From positions 620,001 through 684,000 of the forward strand of contig JAQOWU010000007.1 in NCBI GenBank assembly GCA_030867685.1: a stretch of 64,000 nt of DNA, written 5' to 3'. Shown here in pieces: positions 22,033-32,463 of this stretch; the first letter of the stretch is position 1, and the number at the start of each line of letters is the position of its first letter. Under the pieces are notes generated by a model, which made no database searches, was not told where the DNA came from, and saw nothing but the letters and a program-made list of their open reading frames with translations. Made by a program: the position numbers and the translations under genes. This stretch comes from Wickerhamiella versatilis (lineage: Eukaryota).

Positions 22033-22083
22033 GCTTGTATGTTTGACACGTGATTTGCTACTGCTGACTGGCCATCACGATTC

Positions 22084-22779
22084 ATGAGTGAACCAGACTT
22101 GGAGCCACCAGCATCTCCAGGTGGAAGTGGTGACGATGGCTTCGATGATGATTTCGGGGATTTCGATGAGGCACCCACCATGGCTCCACCAGAGCAGCAT
22201 CCCTATAATGACATGAAGCCACTAACAGCTGCAGAGATCGAGCCTGGGATCGAAAATAAGCTCAGAGAGATATTTCCACGGCCATCTGATGGGGAAAGTG
22301 AGCGCCTGCTAACCCTCCCAGAAACGGAAACAAGCCAGGCACTTTGGTATCGTCTATTGGAGACTCCACCAGCTTATATGCCCCGCTGGCAGGGCAGTCG
22401 CATTCATAAGAAGCTTGCAGTGAGTCTTGGAGTTCCTCTCAATCTTGATGAAAGCCTGCCACGGGTCGAGAGAAAGCCAATGGAATTGCCCTCGAATAAT
22501 GAGGTCGGGGATTCCGCCCGGTTGCGTCTACTGACGCACGTCTCAGGCGAGGCCCTGGATGGAATGCAGGAGGATGAATTAAGTGTCCACATATCGCAAC
22601 TGGAACAGGCCATTACAGCTGCAGAGGCATTGAGGGATGAGGCTGAGGACCAGGAGAGTGACCTACTGGGTGAAAAGCATGTCCTGGAGGGTATGGTTGA
22701 GAGCTTGCTTGCCTATCACCAGAGAAATGAAAGGGAAGCACTGCAAAAGGAGCTGAAGCGTAAAAAGGGGATCCGATAA
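22084..22779 (+). CDS. AP-1 accessory protein, Laa2/YBL010C-like
   Basis: FDDDFGDFDE gamma-ear binding motif and W..SRI...L..SLGVPLNLDE.LP. Confidence 0.7.
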   Translation: MSEPDLEPPASPGGSGDDGFDDDFGDFDEAPTMAPPEQHPYNDMKPLTAAEIEPGIENKLREIFPRPSDGESERLLTLPETETSQALWYRLLETPPAYMPRWQGSRIHKKLAVSLGVPLNLDESLPRVERKPMELPSNNEVGDSARLRLLTHVSGEALDGMQEDELSVHISQLEQAITAAEALRDEAEDQESDLLGEKHVLEGMVESLLAYHQRNEREALQKELKRKKGIR

Positions 22780-23059
22780 TCAATTTGCCAGACATAGATA
22801 CAGACGCAAACGCAGACGCAGACACGCCCACACCCTCATACACACACATATATATAACATCACTTGAGTAGGCTGGATCCACTCTGCATGAGTAAAACCT
22901 AGATATATATATCTTATTTTTTTCTGTTAACACACTAGGCGACTCACCCTCGCTCTTAGAAGCGGAAGGGGAAGAGGAATAGGAAGAAGATTTGTGTATA
23001 TATTTATGGGCATTTTCCATTAGGTACCATAAAATGAAGTTCAGTTTATAGAGAACCCC

Positions 23060-23863
23060 TTATTTTGCTTCCGGCGCATCTGAAGCTGCTGCAGCTGGAG
23101 CTCCAGGGGCCTGTTCTGAGTTATCACCCGTTGGTGTAGCATCCGCCACGTCTCCGGTCCACAGGGTGAGGTTATCCTTGAGCAAGTTCATAATAAGCAA
23201 CGACTCACGGTACGACTCCTCACTAAGGTCGTCCACCTTTACCTTTAGAATAAGAATGGCCTCGTCGAACGCCTCGCGGGCGAGCTTGCATGCCTTCTCC
23301 GGGTTGTTGAGAATTTCGTAGTAGAACACACTGAAGTTCAGAGCCAACCCAATGCGCAGCGAGTGCGTTGGGCTCAGCTCCGCGGTTGCGACCTCCGATG
23401 CCACCGTGTAGGCCTTCAACGCCTCGTCGGCCGCGTGGTCACGCTGCTCACCACTGTAAATCTCCGCCAAGTACCGGTAGTAGTCACCCTTGAGTTTATA
23501 GTAGAACACCTTGAACTCACCGGTCTTTGCCGCAGGAATCAATGCGTCGTCAAGCAGCTTCAAAATATCATCACAGGTATCCGTCAGCTCCTTCTCGATC
23601 TTGTACCGGTACTGCTTGATTTGCTCAACCTGTGCCGAATTATCCTTGGATTCCTCACGCTGCTCAATGGATGCTACAATCCTCCAAGAGGCGCGGCATG
23701 CACCAACCACGTTCTTGTACGCAATTGACAGGAGATTCCGCTCCTCCACGCTGAGATTCGGATCCAGCCCTATCACCTTCTTCATGCTCTCCACCATATC
23801 CTCATGACGGTCTGCGTGCTCAGCGAGCTTCGCCAAATACGTATAATCCTCACGCGAGGTCAT
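23060..23863 (-). CDS. BMH: 14-3-3 protein (divergent)
   Basis: [35 protein letters not shown] and DNLTLW. Confidence 0.97.
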   Translation of the reverse strand: MTSREDYTYLAKLAEHADRHEDMVESMKKVIGLDPNLSVEERNLLSIAYKNVVGACRASWRIVASIEQREESKDNSAQVEQIKQYRYKIEKELTDTCDDILKLLDDALIPAAKTGEFKVFYYKLKGDYYRYLAEIYSGEQRDHAADEALKAYTVASEVATAELSPTHSLRIGLALNFSVFYYEILNNPEKACKLAREAFDEAILILKVKVDDLSEESYRESLLIMNLLKDNLTLWTGDVADATPTGDNSEQAPGAPAAAASDAPEAK

Positions 23864-24289
23864 GTTGTACGAGCAATGATTGATTGCTAGCGTAATAACA
23901 ACTTAACCCAATAAATCTCCCAGGGGAGGGGGGGGAGGCACTGGGAAGGGGCTTGGGGTGTTATTAGTCATTCGCCGTTGAGGTTCCTTGTGCTTCCGTG
24001 CGTTGTTGCTGTTGGCAGGGAGCAGATTACTGGAGGGCCATTCGCACCTGGGGGAAACTCTAATTCTCTGGAATTGGATCCCAAATGTCACACTGGTTAT
24101 AATTGGCCAGTGCTATACACACAGGCTGCTAGCATTGTAAAGCAAATGTTGTGACCACGTGATCTGTGTTTAGGACCTAATCGCAAACCATCTAATAAGC
24201 TGTTGCAAAGGAAATATATGTTGATCTCTAAATAAATAAAAAAAAACATGAATATTAAATAAATAAGGGTAAATGGATGATGGATTTCA

Positions 24290-25009
24290 TTAGACTTCAT
24301 GTGCTCCAGCTGCCTCTGGCTTCCTAGGAACAGATTGAACGTGTTGTTTGGGGATTGCGCGAGCCGGTCGCGTCGTCCTGGCGTTGGTATTGGGGCTATA
24401 AACAGAGCACCGACCTAGAATCAGGCCAGTAGAAGCCATGACTGCGGTGATTGGCTTAACATTAGCACCTTGGGGGTTGACCTGGGGTAATGGAGGCACG
24501 GTAGCTAAAGAGCCCAGCAACATTTCACGGAGCGCGACAAACCGCCTTCTTGAACGAGCAGCCAAAACAACCCGTGGGGGTGCAACTGGCTCGGCATATG
24601 ACTGCCTTGCCGCCTGCCACACCTGTTCTGCCTCCTCGCGATCAGAGAGAGGCGGCCCATGCGTCAGGGCCGCGGCTGCGGCTGCCTGTTCATCCTGTTT
24701 CTGCAGGGCCAATGCAGACTTGTGGGCTTGTTTCACCTTGTTTCTTTGCTGATACGCGGCTAATAATTGGTCGTATGGCTGGGACCTACCGGGCACTGCC
24801 CGCTTAGCACCCATAGAATGCGATTTACAAGTCAGACTTCGGGCACACACTCCGCCTGCTGGCAGCTGCACCCCGCACTGCAAGTCCACATCAACATGGT
24901 CGGGTTTAGGCTTGAACCGTCGCTTGGGTGGTGGGTGTTGCTGCTCTGGCCCACCCTGACCACCGGCTGGCACGGCAGAGATCGACTCACTTCGAGCTGA
25001 CCCTGCCAT
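24290..25009 (-). CDS. SGF73: SAGA subunit Sgf73 (SCA7 domain), N-terminally short
   Basis: VDVDLQCGV....CARSLTCKSHSMGAKRAVPGRSQPYD.LL. First ATG is at 25009. Confidence 0.88.
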   Translation of the reverse strand: MAGSARSESISAVPAGGQGGPEQQHPPPKRRFKPKPDHVDVDLQCGVQLPAGGVCARSLTCKSHSMGAKRAVPGRSQPYDQLLAAYQQRNKVKQAHKSALALQKQDEQAAAAAALTHGPPLSDREEAEQVWQAARQSYAEPVAPPRVVLAARSRRRFVALREMLLGSLATVPPLPQVNPQGANVKPITAVMASTGLILGRCSVYSPNTNARTTRPARAIPKQHVQSVPRKPEAAGAHEV

Positions 25010-25136
25010 CGTGTTACTAAGCCTCGAATTCCCCCTGCCAGTCACAGAGCAATACCCAAACCCGGATCATTCTGAGGTGTAATTGGTCAGCTTATACGTT
25101 TGGCAGCATCTGGAAACCCACTCCACCATCTTGTCA

Positions 25137-25391
25137 ATGTACTCACTTCGACGTATTTCACCTCGCGCTTTTACTCGTCAGCTGCGTATGTACAGCTCTG
25201 ATGACGCCAGCTCTCGTCCTTACCGTCAAACCTCCGGCGATGACAGTTTTGCTCGCAGAGAGCATGCCAACGAGGACATGTACATTCGTGAACATGAGAA
25301 GGAGCAACTTCGTAAGCTCCACGCCCAGATCAAAGATCACGAGAAGTCTATTCAAGACCTTCAGGAGAAAGCCTCGAAGCTCGAAAACTAA
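25137..25391 (+). CDS. INH1: Mitochondrial F1Fo-ATPase inhibitor (IF1)
   Basis: Presequence, DSFARREHANEDMYIREHEKEQL and a coiled coil. Confidence 0.88.
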   Translation: MYSLRRISPRAFTRQLRMYSSDDASSRPYRQTSGDDSFARREHANEDMYIREHEKEQLRKLHAQIKDHEKSIQDLQEKASKLEN

Positions 25392-25460
25392 TATGTTTGT
25401 GTCTCTACTTTCCGAGCCATTTTACATTAACCTTAGGGTATATACATGCATGATCTAGGA

Positions 25461-26699
25461 TCAGTCTATGGTCATACGATCCCGTGGAAGTCTTCCAGCC
25501 ACTTCAATGTAACGTACACCTGTGTGAGCCTGTCGGCGAGACTCCAGAATTTCTGAAGCCATCCCCGCAGGTTCCCGTGTGCTGTGAATCCAGGCTGGCG
25601 GGAGCTGTTTCCCTCCACCTAGACGAATGGCTTCAGGAAAGCCGCTAGCAGACTTAGACCCTTTAACTAGGACGATTGTCGACATTTCTCGCGCCAAAAT
25701 TACTGCACCTGCTTGGGAAGTTGCGCGAAGCCGCGGCGAAGGGATGAATAAATGATTCTTGACGCACTCATTCGCTCCAAGTCTAGCTTGTCTCAATTCT
25801 GAATCGTTGTTAGTATAATAGCTGAGCTTAAACGGATAAACTGAGCTGGTCTTAGCAAGGATCTGCCGTGCACTGGAACTACGAAGATTCGAGGTTATAG
25901 TGAAGTCCCGGGTGTATATATCTGGTGCATCTAGCGAATACCCCACGGTTCCAAGCTCCCCTATCTTGTGTTGGCCTGAAGCGAATTGGATATCTACTAA
26001 ATAAGTCTCGCCTGGAAGAACCTCCCAACTTTCCTCGTTCTTGATCCTCTCCTCCTCATCCTCTTCAGTATGCCACTGCACGACCTTGGCATCCTTTTCG
26101 TCCACGGAAGGTTGCCCGATAACAAACCGCCGCACCCTTCGAACACGGGATCCTGGGCTGATCTCGACGCCAAAAGCATTAGATATTTGTTCAACAGTGG
26201 TTTTTATTCTCTTGGGTGTCACCGGTCCGGATATTGGGTGAGTGTCACTGAGTACCGAGGACAGGAGCGTCAACACTGCTTCGGTGGCTAGGAATGCACC
26301 GGCAGCAGCATCTGCACCCAAACCGACATATGGTTCTGTTGCCTGTCCCTCCCTAATAACGATGGTGTGACCGCATTGTGCTGTGTAGCCATCAATGAAG
26401 ACGCCCAATGTTATCTTGACAACATCGCCCTCGAAAACAGTACCACCTTGGAAGGTATCGATTACTTCTGGGGCAAGACCACTTACCATCTCATTCTTGC
26501 AAATTTCTGTGGGCAATGCGATACCCCGTTCCTCAACGCTCTTATAGCATATGGCTATTTGACTTCGCAGAAAATCGTCGGTGGCACGGCAAACATCGCC
26601 TATTGTCTGCTCGCCTATTGCCTGCCCAAGACTCTGGATGGCAAACAGAAGCCCGGACTGCGCAATGGTGCCTGCAGTTCGGTACTTTTCAATCGACAT
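25461..26699 (-). CDS. ARX1: Pre-60S export factor Arx1 (MetAP fold)
   Basis: KYRTAG.IAQ, ERGIALPT, GDVVKITLGV.IDGYT, SRVRRVRRF and WIHS. Confidence 0.85.
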   Translation of the reverse strand: MSIEKYRTAGTIAQSGLLFAIQSLGQAIGEQTIGDVCRATDDFLRSQIAICYKSVEERGIALPTEICKNEMVSGLAPEVIDTFQGGTVFEGDVVKITLGVFIDGYTAQCGHTIVIREGQATEPYVGLGADAAAGAFLATEAVLTLLSSVLSDTHPISGPVTPKRIKTTVEQISNAFGVEISPGSRVRRVRRFVIGQPSVDEKDAKVVQWHTEEDEEERIKNEESWEVLPGETYLVDIQFASGQHKIGELGTVGYSLDAPDIYTRDFTITSNLRSSSARQILAKTSSVYPFKLSYYTNNDSELRQARLGANECVKNHLFIPSPRLRATSQAGAVILAREMSTIVLVKGSKSASGFPEAIRLGGGKQLPPAWIHSTREPAGMASEILESRRQAHTGVRYIEVAGRLPRDRMTID

Positions 26700-27249
26700 C
26701 CTACTGAGAAAAAAATTTATCACTAAGCATGTGGGACCCTATATGCCAGATATATGGTGTGAAGTACTGAATTGTTAGCCTCTTGCCGAAATCATGATTT
26801 AGAAATTAAATATTGCTAAAAAAAACTCGATAGTCGCCTCTAGTCCGTTCATTATCTCTGTTACTGGTAAAGTGGGGGGAGACCACCTGTAACATGCCAT
26901 GTTGATGTTGTGTGACTTTGATTATAAACTGTATTGCCATTTTCAACTTACAAGCAGCGAAATGTGAGATGTGATGAATTCTGCTTAGTCGCTCGAGCAT
27001 ATCACAGGGTTACAAGCCACAATGTGCATTTCTAAATTGGGGTGCATATATATTTTCCCCCCTCGGAGATTGCACCAACCATACGGCCCGGCTCCCAGCG
27101 GACGAAGCAGGTTTTTAGACCAATTTTTTTTGCTAAGTTCAAATGCTGGATTCTCCAATTCATAATTTTTTACCCATATTATATTTTGAGCCGCAGGAAC
27201 AAAGATTACTTACTAATACAGTTTGCAGATAACATTCCATCGTGGCAAG

Positions 27250-27531
27250 GTATGCATCCGTCGTTTCAATTTGTGCGAACAGTTATGACACAGATGAGGA
27301 AGGGTTGAGGCTAGGACCGTTATTTTTCGGTAGAATGTTGTTCACCGTACCATGTAGGAGGCCAATGAATTATGCGTACGCAAAATTTCCTAACAGGTGC
27401 TAATTTAATCAATAGAGACTTGCATATATTATTTCTGGGGAGCATGAACTATGGAGGTAACATAATCTGAATCTTTTTGTCTTAGATCGCATTACGACGA
27501 CCACCACGGATAGGCTGAACTGCTGACACAG
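27250..27531 (+). other. Candidate spliceosomal intron 5' of the RasGAP ORF
   Basis: AAG|GTATGC donor at 27250; GCTGAC branch-like site then ACAG ending at 27531, two bases before ATG 27534. Confidence 0.4.
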
Positions 27532-27533
27532 AT

Positions 27534-29660
27534 ATGAACCGCCGAGAACGGCAATCAGTAGTTGACGCCTACAAGGCAGTCAGCGAAATTGACCGGGATG
27601 ACGGCGTGGATGATGAACTCTCTCATGCCCAGCTTCGTCTGACTGGTCTAAAGGATGAGATAAGTTCTTTGAGTCGTAATAACTATCGGCTTGAGCAAGA
27701 CGTTCAGTTTCTCGATTCTCGAATTGCTTTGCTCATTGCCGACAGGATAGAGACGAGCGAGATGCGGGAGGTGGCTCTACGGTTGGAGGAACTTCCCACC
27801 GCTGGACGTGCGGCTACTATACTTAACGGTGAACAACTACAGCTCTATGGATCATTATTTATGCTACTTCAGAGTGACCCAAGCCACATTGCGAACCTCT
27901 GCATGCGCGTGCCGCTTGCGGATATTGACACGCTGCTTGAGACTGTCATGTTTAGCATCTACGGAAATCACTTTGACCCTCGCGAAGAGCACCTCCTTCT
28001 TGTCATGTTTCAGCAGGTACTGGCTCATCATTTTGACGTTACAGACGAATTTGCGTCCCTTCTTCGAGGCAATAGTGCTGCCACTCGTATGATGATGACC
28101 TACACCCGGCGTGGTACAGGCCAGGCGTATCTTCAGCGAACTTTAGGTGAGCCGTTGAGGAGATTGTTATCATCTGCTGAATCCTTTGATTTAAATTTGA
28201 CGAGGGTATTCAATGAACTTGCTGAAAAGAATCCGGGAGACGTAGGATACCAAGTCCCTTTAAAACCTTCTGAGTTCAGTAGCCATCCCAAAGCACAAGA
28301 GATAACCGTGGAACTTGACAAGCGCTTTTATGCTCTCCAAAGGTTCACCACAGACCTCTTGAATATAATTTTTGAGTCATTGAATGAGGTTCCTTATGGT
28401 GTTCGGTGGGTGGCTAAACAAGTGAGACTGTTGGCTAGAAGGCGATTTCCGGAGGCTAATGATAATCAAATATCATCCTTGCTTGGTGGATATTTCTTTT
28501 TGAGATATATAAATCCTGCAATCGTTACGCCTCACGCATTCTTGCTGGTCAAGGATGCTCCTAATCCCCGGGCCCGCCGGAATCTTACCATGGTTGCCAA
28601 GCTTGTCCAGTTAATGGCAAATCAAAGCTCACTGAAAAAAGATTCTTGGACAGTCGATATCCCGGGATTTGTGCGTCAATTCACTTATCCGATGATTCGT
28701 TTTCTGAGCAATTTATGTGACGTCCCAGACTTCTACGATTCTCTAGAGGTTGATCAATATATGGCCCTGCAGGTACCTCAAAGGCATCTTGTGGTGAGCT
28801 ACCGCGAAGTGGTTGAAACACATCAGTTGGTGGCAAAATACCTCCCGCCTGAAGGTCGGCTTGGGACTCTTCTACAGGAGCTAGGCAAGCCACCGGCTGC
28901 CCCACCACGGGGTGGTGCTACGGCAAAAACCCAACTAGAGCTCCCACTCGCCAACAGATGGGTAGATGCAATTCTTCAGCCTGATGCAGCTGAGCAGAGT
29001 ACCTTGAAAGCGTCAGCATTGTTTTTGCAGTCAAAAGTCCTGATGGTCAATCTACGTCGGGCGTTTCCCAACCAAAAAATGTCTTTAGTTGAGCTGGCAG
29101 ATTTTGCTTCCCACTCAAGTGACCCAGCAATCGCTGGCCGGGGAATGAGAGCACATTTCATGCTCGCAGAATATAGTTCAGATGAATTGGAATTTTTGTC
29201 CCGAGAGGTTGAGAACGAAACTCAGAAGCTGGGCTCGTTACTCACTTCGGTGAGATCAGAGTATGATTCACTCAAGGTCGTTTACAATGTTGTAAATGAG
29301 CGTAATCAATATCTGGAATCACAACTTGATGTCTTCCGATCGTACCTCAATAATGTGCGTCTTAAGACGGGGCCAGCGGGTCGGGCTTCTACCTCCGTCA
29401 CGCCACAGTGGGCTCAGCAGCACGGGATTATAGAGACATGGCCTTATTCGCCCGATATAACTGCGAGTATTCGACTTGCACTTGAACGACTATCGGCAGG
29501 CACATGGGTTCTGGCACTCACTTATCGGGATCGTAGTAGACCAATTTGGCGTCTAGTATTTACTCGTGATGACCTACTAATGTTGGAGAGCAAAAATGAG
29601 GCCATTGATATAGGGTTTCGGTTACAACCAGGAAATCTACTGGCATGGGCAGGACAATGA
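27534..29660 (+). CDS. Ras GTPase-activating protein, Sar1/Gap1/GapA type
   Basis: LEQDVQFLDSRIALLI, LLRGNS...RMM.TYTRRG.GQ, FFLRYINPAIVTP and RRNLT.VAK. Confidence 0.9.
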   Translation: MNRRERQSVVDAYKAVSEIDRDDGVDDELSHAQLRLTGLKDEISSLSRNNYRLEQDVQFLDSRIALLIADRIETSEMREVALRLEELPTAGRAATILNGEQLQLYGSLFMLLQSDPSHIANLCMRVPLADIDTLLETVMFSIYGNHFDPREEHLLLVMFQQVLAHHFDVTDEFASLLRGNSAATRMMMTYTRRGTGQAYLQRTLGEPLRRLLSSAESFDLNLTRVFNELAEKNPGDVGYQVPLKPSEFSSHPKAQEITVELDKRFYALQRFTTDLLNIIFESLNEVPYGVRWVAKQVRLLARRRFPEANDNQISSLLGGYFFLRYINPAIVTPHAFLLVKDAPNPRARRNLTMVAKLVQLMANQSSLKKDSWTVDIPGFVRQFTYPMIRFLSNLCDVPDFYDSLEVDQYMALQVPQRHLVVSYREVVETHQLVAKYLPPEGRLGTLLQELGKPPAAPPRGGATAKTQLELPLANRWVDAILQPDAAEQSTLKASALFLQSKVLMVNLRRAFPNQKMSLVELADFASHSSDPAIAGRGMRAHFMLAEYSSDELEFLSREVENETQKLGSLLTSVRSEYDSLKVVYNVVNERNQYLESQLDVFRSYLNNVRLKTGPAGRASTSVTPQWAQQHGIIETWPYSPDITASIRLALERLSAGTWVLALTYRDRSRPIWRLVFTRDDLLMLESKNEAIDIGFRLQPGNLLAWAGQ

Positions 29661-29781
29661 TTGTCTATCTCCCACGTAAAGAATAATACTTAATATTGAT
29701 TATGAGATTGGCCAGGCATACAATGTCTTACAATGTCTTAAGCTTATAGAAAAGTTTTCTCCGACAAGAAAAGATAAATTA

Positions 29782-30825
29782 CTATAATAGTGATTCCGAT
29801 AGCGCCAGCGCCTGCTTAAGCTCATTTACAGCTGTGGTAACATCATCGTAGTTAAGAGCAGAGATAGCCCATTTTGCATGCTTCTGAGCTGCCTCTTGCT
29901 TCTTCCCACGCTGTAAAATCGCATCGAAATCATTCTCTTTCGCAGTATTTTCACGAATTTGCCTATATGGCCTTGACTGCGTTTTACGTTGAACATGCGC
30001 ATCTTCCTCTTTTGCCGCCTTCTTATCTTTATTAGGTTCAAAGTCTCGGACGTCAGGGACTCTAGGTGGAGGAGGATAAGAGAATGGCACACCAGGACTA
30101 TCACCAGGGGCCTCCGGAAGGCCCTCAGGTGGCATATGTGGAGTTTCTGGAAGGCCTTCAGGGGGGACACTAGGTGTGTCCGGTAAGCTTACCTCGGGCT
30201 CTTCGGAGTCCTCCCCAGGATATGAGTGACCATCCTGGTTGGCGACTGACCCAACATTCTCACTATCGTTCTTCTCCTTTTCCTCCTGCTGCTCAGTATC
30301 TAGATATTCGAGCTCTTGATCCTCCTGAAACAAATCATTTGGGTTCTCTCCCGCCTTCACTGCCTTTAAAATGCGCGCAGCTTGATACTTTGCATATTTG
30401 ATTTTTTCCGACGATTCCGCACTGAGAGGCTGCCATATACGCTCTAGATCTAAAAATATTGCTGCAGCCAGCAATGTTGATGCTGTTGCTTTGCTGACCC
30501 GATGCTCAACTATGGCACGATCTCCACGGTCGAAAATGTTAGAGGCGAAGTTAGACACATATGCAAGTGCTGCATCTTTATCAGCCAGAATCTCTTTGTC
30601 CTCGGCAGATGCTTTAGCCTCAAGTTCCTCCAATTCAGACAACAAGGCGTTGGCAAACTCACTTACCTCTGGATCGCTCAGATGCAGCTTCGACTCAAGG
30701 ATTTCCTGAGCCGCATGCAAACGACAGTAATATGATATCACAGGCTCAACCTTGTTCAATTCGGTCGCTCGGGCAAGCACAGCCTGTACGAACGACACCT
30801 TTTGGGGAACTGCCTTGTCAGGCAT
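29782..30825 (-). CDS. VTA1: ESCRT/Vps4 cofactor Vta1
   Basis: PVISYYCRL and KIKYAKY (MIT domains), C-terminal AQKHAKWAISALNYDDV.TA (VSL). Confidence 0.93.
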   Translation of the reverse strand: MPDKAVPQKVSFVQAVLARATELNKVEPVISYYCRLHAAQEILESKLHLSDPEVSEFANALLSELEELEAKASAEDKEILADKDAALAYVSNFASNIFDRGDRAIVEHRVSKATASTLLAAAIFLDLERIWQPLSAESSEKIKYAKYQAARILKAVKAGENPNDLFQEDQELEYLDTEQQEEKEKNDSENVGSVANQDGHSYPGEDSEEPEVSLPDTPSVPPEGLPETPHMPPEGLPEAPGDSPGVPFSYPPPPRVPDVRDFEPNKDKKAAKEEDAHVQRKTQSRPYRQIRENTAKENDFDAILQRGKKQEAAQKHAKWAISALNYDDVTTAVNELKQALALSESLL

Positions 30826-31152
30826 ACTTCGAGCAGTCAAGTTTATTTGTCAGCAAATTGGCTTAAGCATTATGTCCGTTAAACTTGCTTTATGGTCTGC
30901 CGGATCCTACCACAGAAGCACAGTGTATATTATGAATGTATTGACTCGTACTAGTGTAAAGATTAATATTCATACAATTTTAATTTGCATCAGATTTTGT
31001 TTTTTTGCGATAGTGCTTAAGAATAATAGCATTACAATTTCATTTATTGACACTCTGGATCATTGGTATGCTTTTTAAACCGCCATTTCACTTTTTTTGC
31101 AGTGGAGAGTATCTGTCATCTATCTAAGGCTTAACTACTGCTGACGCACAAC

Positions 31153-32427
31153 ATGCATGTTGCAGATATCATCCGGCAAGTAAGGGATGGCTCGTCGGAG
31201 TTGACCAATGATGATATTCGCCAATTCGTTGGAGGATTACAGTCAGGAAAAGTATCAGAAGGGCAACTTGGTGCTTTCCTTATGGCAGTGCGTTTGCAAG
31301 GTCTTTCGGCATCGCTAACCGCTGAGCTTACTCTTGCAATGAGAGATTCGGGACAGGTTATCCAGTGGCCATCTACTGACGCCAAAATTATAGATAAGCA
31401 CTCCACCGGAGGCGTGGGTGATAAAACTAGTTTGATCATAGCTCCTATTGTGGCCAGTTGCGGTGTGTTGGTACCCATGATCAGTGGCCGAGGTCTTGGT
31501 CAAACTGGTGGGACTCTTGACAAGCTTGAGTCTCTCGAAGGTTTTAGAGTTGATCTCAGTTGTACAGAGCTTGTCAACCAGGTGAGCAAATTAGGGTTAG
31601 CTATTTGTGCGGCGGGTGTTGAATTGGCGCCTGTTGATGCGCAGATGTACGCATTGAGAGATGTTACAGCCACTGTTGATTCAAGTGCACTTGTAACGTC
31701 GTCTATACTTTCTAAAAAAATGGCTGAGGGTATTCATGGTTTAGTACTTGACATCAAAGTGGGTAAAGGGGCTTTTATGAAGACGCTTGAGGAGGCAAAA
31801 GAGCTCGCCAATTCGATCATCACTGCTAGCCGGTTTGCCAAAATCCGTATCACTTGTGTTTTCACCAATATGGATCGACCCCTCGGTAGGACAATTGGTA
31901 ACTCCCTTGAGGTTGCCGAGGCTTTGGAAGTACTTCAAGGTGGTGGATCAAAGGATCTTAAGGACCTATCTCTGGTATTAGCGAGGGAAATGCTAAAGCT
32001 AGCGGGTGTGCCGACTGAAAATGCAGAAAAGCAACTGGCCAATGGATCTGCTTTATCCAAATTCTCAGAAATGGTGCAAGCACAGGGCGGCACCGGCATC
32101 GACTTGAAACCTCTTGCAGCGTCTACACCATTGCTCAGCAATGTGTCTGGGTACGTTACCGAGATAGATGCTCTCAAATTGGGCTACCTTGCTATGCGGC
32201 TAGGTGCAGGACGTACTCTTCCCAAGGATACTATAGACCATGGCGTGGGGTTTAAGCTACATGTACAAGTCGGCGACAGTGTAGAATCTGGTTCGAAGCT
32301 GATTGAAATTTTCCACCGCAAGAGCCTTTCTCAAGAGTTCTGCAAGGAAACGTTACTAGCTTTTTCAATAAGTGATGAACCGTGTAATATAGATCCCCTT
32401 ATCTTAGATATATGGGATTCTTCGTAA
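31153..32427 (+). CDS. Thymidine/pyrimidine-nucleoside phosphorylase (NP-II family, DeoA/Pdp-like)
   Basis: DKHSTGGVGDK, PMISGRGLG.TGGTLDKLES, YALRDVTATVDS, SILSKK, LDIKVGKGAFMK and LGAGR....D.ID..VG. Confidence 0.95.
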   Translation: MHVADIIRQVRDGSSELTNDDIRQFVGGLQSGKVSEGQLGAFLMAVRLQGLSASLTAELTLAMRDSGQVIQWPSTDAKIIDKHSTGGVGDKTSLIIAPIVASCGVLVPMISGRGLGQTGGTLDKLESLEGFRVDLSCTELVNQVSKLGLAICAAGVELAPVDAQMYALRDVTATVDSSALVTSSILSKKMAEGIHGLVLDIKVGKGAFMKTLEEAKELANSIITASRFAKIRITCVFTNMDRPLGRTIGNSLEVAEALEVLQGGGSKDLKDLSLVLAREMLKLAGVPTENAEKQLANGSALSKFSEMVQAQGGTGIDLKPLAASTPLLSNVSGYVTEIDALKLGYLAMRLGAGRTLPKDTIDHGVGFKLHVQVGDSVESGSKLIEIFHRKSLSQEFCKETLLAFSISDEPCNIDPLILDIWDSS

Positions 32428-32463
32428 TAATTAGAATATTTGCTATTCGTTTAAAAGAAAAGT

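Noticed and set aside
22613-23020. 135-aa ORF between the Laa2-like gene and 14-3-3
   Set aside because: It spans simple repeats (CAGACG, CA, TA) in a convergent terminator region and overlaps a real gene.
29719-29740. 10-bp direct repeat TACAATGTCT
   Set aside because: A simple slippage duplication with no associated element.
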